Below are positions 51,971-55,029 of a DNA stretch of 55,029 nt, piece after piece. The notes under the pieces were generated by a model that had not been told where the DNA came from, ran no database searches, and saw nothing but the letters and a program-made list of their open reading frames with translations. How positions within the stretch are numbered: the stretch's first letter is position 1; each line of letters starts with the position of its first letter. Origin of the DNA: a virus (Duplodnaviria > Caudoviricetes); IMG/VR virus record IMGVR_UViG_3300020470_002235, positions 1 to 55,029 of that record; one strand, given 5' to 3'. The translations under genes were made by a program, and so were the position numbers.

Positions 51971-52912
51971 TCATTTAAATTTACACTCCGACATTATCTC
52001 AGTTAAACAAGCGACAAAGTTAATTTCATCGTCCATAGAAAATGCAGCTTTATATTGATAATCTGCCATAATCAAAACACACGCAGGAACTGAAGTTGGT
52101 TCCAATTCATATTCCAGTGCATTAAATAACTTTCTGAATAGTGTAGTGAAGTCGTTATCAGAATTTTGACCGACCCATTTTCTCATACCTTTCCAGTTCT
52201 TTTCCTTAATCATATTTATTAAGGGTTTTAGTTTCTCTTCGTTTAATGAAGATAACAGTCCTGAATCAATTACACCACTAACTCCATAACGTTGCATTTC
52301 ATTTAGAACACGTCTAAAATCAGGGAAGAATCTCATAATCAATTCTGCAAGTACAGGAGTCTCAGATTTAATTCCTTCACGTTCACATATATCTAAACAC
52401 CTATCTAACATTTCTTTCGCAAGTGTAGGTTTCTCTGTAGGACTAATCTTAAAATCAATTACAGTAGTTCTAGAGTGTAATGCAGGTATGATTCTATTCT
52501 TATAGTTACAAGTGAATATGAATCTACAATTAGAAGAGAACTCTTCTATGAATCCTCTCATTGCAGGTTGAACACTCTCTGCATTAATATAATCTGCCTC
52601 GTCTAGGATAACCACTTTTGGGCCACCACCAAGTGAAACAGTACTCGCAAAGTTTTTGATTTTAGTTCGAAGTGTATCAATCAATCGTCCTTCATCAGAA
52701 CCGTTGATTATGATATAGTCTGCACCAAGTTCATTACATAATGCTCTTGCGATTGTAGTTTTACCACAACCTGCAGAACCACTCAATAGTAGATTAGGAA
52801 TTTCACCTTGTTCTACAAATTGTTTGAATTGGTCTTTAAATTGTTGAGGAAGTATTGTTTCCTCGATTGTTTGTGGTCGATATTTCTCGACAAATAAAAA
52901 TTCTTCAGTCAT
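51971..52912 (-). CDS. gp44: clamp loader large subunit
   Basis: VEKYRP, GSAGCGKTT, ILDEAD, FIFTCN, ALHSR, PDFRR. Confidence 0.96.
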   Translation of the reverse strand: MTEEFLFVEKYRPQTIEETILPQQFKDQFKQFVEQGEIPNLLLSGSAGCGKTTIARALCNELGADYIIINGSDEGRLIDTLRTKIKNFASTVSLGGGPKVVILDEADYINAESVQPAMRGFIEEFSSNCRFIFTCNYKNRIIPALHSRTTVIDFKISPTEKPTLAKEMLDRCLDICEREGIKSETPVLAELIMRFFPDFRRVLNEMQRYGVSGVIDSGLLSSLNEEKLKPLINMIKEKNWKGMRKWVGQNSDNDFTTLFRKLFNALEYELEPTSVPACVLIMADYQYKAAFSMDDEINFVACLTEIMSECKFK

Positions 52913-53042
52913 ATTCTTCTCATAATAAAGTCAAAAATCCCCACCTATTTTTGTGTGTGTATCGCCTGTGTAGAATGATGAGAAGGATACACTCCCATGA
53001 CAAAGTTGAGATAGAACATTTGTCATTTCATTATTATTTATA

Positions 53043-53708
53043 CTAAGAACCGTATTTTGAATCAGGTTCTAGTGCAATAAAATACTCTAAATCTATATCC
53101 GTATTTTTAAAATGCGAGATACCTTTAGAGGAAACTGATACATCATAATTACCAGTTAGAATTTTAAGATTCTCAATCTTAAAGTTCATAGAATACGTTG
53201 TTCCATCACCTTGTCCCACCACTCGTGAGAATGTATTCGAAGCTGCATTCTTCTTGTCACTTACAGTTAGAGATACGGTTGTACCATCTGACTCTAACAC
53301 TAGGTCATTCACACCTAGAACACTTGACGCTTTCTGCAGGTCACCCAACAACGTTGAAGTCACCTTGAAACTAATCTCTGCATCAGGCATTGTTATCATT
53401 TTATCGGGTGCAACAACCATTCCCTCAGATGCATAAAAGTATGCAAGTTTAGAATTATTATCTGCAATCGATAATGAACTTTCCCCAAATTCAAAATCAG
53501 GGTCTTCCAGTAAACTGGTCGCACCCAAAAATTCAGGTAAATTGTATATGGAAAAATCAGTAGGGAACGATTCACTTACAGTCGCAACTGCAAGAATATT
53601 CTTCATATTGGAAATCGTCTCTAGTTTATTTCCAGTCTTAACTCGGATTCCCGAATTAATTGTTGAGAAGTTTTTAAGTACTTCTTTCGTATTATCACTT
53701 ATTTTCAT
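53043..53708 (-). CDS. gp45: sliding clamp (start revised to MKISD)
   Basis: LKNFSTINSGI, IYNLPEFL, FKIENLK, YFIALE. Confidence 0.94.
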   Translation of the reverse strand: MKISDNTKEVLKNFSTINSGIRVKTGNKLETISNMKNILAVATVSESFPTDFSIYNLPEFLGATSLLEDPDFEFGESSLSIADNNSKLAYFYASEGMVVAPDKMITMPDAEISFKVTSTLLGDLQKASSVLGVNDLVLESDGTTVSLTVSDKKNAASNTFSRVVGQGDGTTYSMNFKIENLKILTGNYDVSVSSKGISHFKNTDIDLEYFIALEPDSKYGS

Positions 53709-53985
53709 CACTTTGATTCTCCAAATCATGAATATATAATTGTATGATAGCATAGTGTAAGACTTTCAATAAATCTTTTCTATTCTTACCACCCTTTTTT
53801 CCATATCGTTGTGCATATTTCAATACATTTCCGAGACAGAATCCTTCACCATGACCAGCGTCAATGATGAACTCAGTCGCCTGATATTGGTTCAGACTAT
53901 AATGTTGGTCGTATGTGGAATCAATATACGATTGGAGCTCTTTAATTAGAGCTCCCTCGTTATATTTGTATCCATTTTCAGACAT
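53695..53985 (-). CDS. DUF3310-like protein (start revised to MSENG)
   Basis: HY...GFCLGNVLKYAQRYGKKG...DLLKVLHY. Confidence 0.75.
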   Translation of the reverse strand: MSENGYKYNEGALIKELQSYIDSTYDQHYSLNQYQATEFIIDAGHGEGFCLGNVLKYAQRYGKKGGKNRKDLLKVLHYAIIQLYIHDLENQSDENK

Positions 53986-53992
53986 ATTATCT

Positions 53993-54021
53993 ATTATAAA
54001 CCAGTCAGGTTGATTCGTCAA
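53993..54021 (-). promoter_or_regulatory. sigma70-like promoter
   Basis: AAAACCCCA-TTGACG-N17-TATAAT, ending 7 nt before the ATG. Confidence 0.7.
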
Positions 54022-54028
54022 TGGGGTT

Positions 54029-55029
54029 TTAGACATAATCGTCTTCAATTTCAGTTTCTTCCGAAACTTCAACTTCTACTTCCTCATTAAGGTCAACACC
54101 AGCGTCAATCTTAGTGTAGAGGTCAAGAATTGACAATCTAGTCTCTTCATCGAACCTTGAAATACACATTGTTATTGACTTGATTTTATCACCAAACATT
54201 CTGAATGCATTCACAATGTGAACCAGTCTTCTAGTGGTAACAACGTCATCAATCGCACCTTCATAGTAGGATTTTCTGATTATATCTGCCCAGTCCACTA
54301 ACTTCTCAACGAAGTCTTCGTCAACTGCACCAGTCAATTCCATTTCTTTTGAAAGGATTGATTTCTCAGTTTTCACTGGTGGATATTCTTGTTGCATTGT
54401 AATCGCAAATCTTTCCAACATTGCCTCATTCATGATTTGAGTTCCAATGAACTTTCCATCGTCTGAACCTTGACCTTTGGTATTTGCAGTCGCAAGGATA
54501 GTGAAACCAGGCGCAGGTGTTACCCACTCACCAGTTTTCTTAATTAAGTATCCTTTACCCTCAAGAACTGATTGTAAACACATCAACTTGTTAGAACCCA
54601 AGTCAACCTCATCAAGAAGAAGGACAGCGCCTTTCCTCATTGCTTTGATAACTGGGCCTTCCCTAAACATGATGTCACCACCTTGTAAAGTGTGTCCACC
54701 CATTAAATCATCTTCATCAGTTTCAATGGTAATGTTCACTCTGAAAAGTTCTCTTTTCAGTTGAGCACAAACTTGTTCAACCATTAGAGTTTTACCGTTA
54801 CCACTCAATCCAGTAACAAATACTGGGAAGAAGATTTTGGACTTGATAATCCCTTTAACATCTTTGAAATGTCCAAAAGGAACATAGTTCGACATTTTCT
54901 CAGGAATGATTTTCACATTGTCCAGTACATTAAGTGTCGAAGTTTTAGCTGCGACAGGCATTTGTGAAGGATTATTCACTGCAGGAACTGGAGCAGCTGC
55001 AGGTGCAACACTAGGTGCAATCGGAGTCA
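54029..55029 (-). CDS. CobS/MoxR-like AAA+ ATPase, probably 5'-truncated by the window edge
   Basis: GLSGNGKT, LLLDEVD, ATANTKG, AMLERF; the Pro/Ala-rich linker stays open to the edge. Confidence 0.88.
   Translation of the reverse strand, partial: TPIAPSVAPAAAPVPAVNNPSQMPVAAKTSTLNVLDNVKIIPEKMSNYVPFGHFKDVKGIIKSKIFFPVFVTGLSGNGKTLMVEQVCAQLKRELFRVNITIETDEDDLMGGHTLQGGDIMFREGPVIKAMRKGAVLLLDEVDLGSNKLMCLQSVLEGKGYLIKKTGEWVTPAPGFTILATANTKGQGSDDGKFIGTQIMNEAMLERFAITMQQEYPPVKTEKSILSKEMELTGAVDEDFVEKLVDWADIIRKSYYEGAIDDVVTTRRLVHIVNAFRMFGDKIKSITMCISRFDEETRLSILDLYTKIDAGVDLNEEVEVEVSEETEIEDDYV

Noticed and set aside
469-54764. The many + strand ORFs in the track (for example 21607-22143, 27864-28469, 46684-47151, 49820-50260)
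   Set aside because: They lie antisense to well-supported minus-strand genes, lack RBSs and recognisable motifs, and read like shadow frames
1-55029. Stop-codon reassignment, or a prophage/host junction
   Set aside because: Core genes are full length in the standard code and TAA, TAG and TGA all end genes; both tRNAs are ordinary; no integrase is seen, and host-like genes sit under phage late promoters between T4 core genes
54029-55029. Cobalamin biosynthesis inferred from the CobS-like ATPase
   Set aside because: This AAA family is common in marine T4-like phages and no other cob genes are present; the function is more likely chaperone-like

Overview
This is a 55-kb, AT-rich, densely coding segment of a large T4-like (myovirus) phage genome, most likely from a marine phage infecting a Gram-negative proteobacterium. 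Almost all genes are on the minus strand. Reading right to left: CobS/MoxR-like AAA ATPase, gp45, gp44, gp62 and regA; a tightly coupled accessory operon encoding CsgF, CsgG, two curlin-repeat proteins, a FecR-domain protein, several micro membrane proteins and a CHASE2 adenylate cyclase; a structured non-coding region, hsp20 and a peroxiredoxin; a methyltransferase / tandem-GNAT / spermidine-synthase-like trio; lysozyme, gp43, iscU, uvsX and gp41; a block of probable internal head proteins carrying T4-type capsid-targeting N-termini and repeated L-x-E protease linkers; tRNA-Thr, primase, nrdA, a 2OG-oxygenase/PRMT-like fusion, nrdB and glutaredoxin; spanins, 2OG-Fe(II) oxygenases, a porin and tRNA-Ala; and a promoter-rich non-coding left end. 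The best candidates for undescribed systems are the curli-FecR-cyclase trans-envelope module, the head-packaged polyprotein cargo, the arginine-methyltransferase-like fusion and the putative modification trio. All calls come from reading motifs by eye; no searches or folding programs were run.
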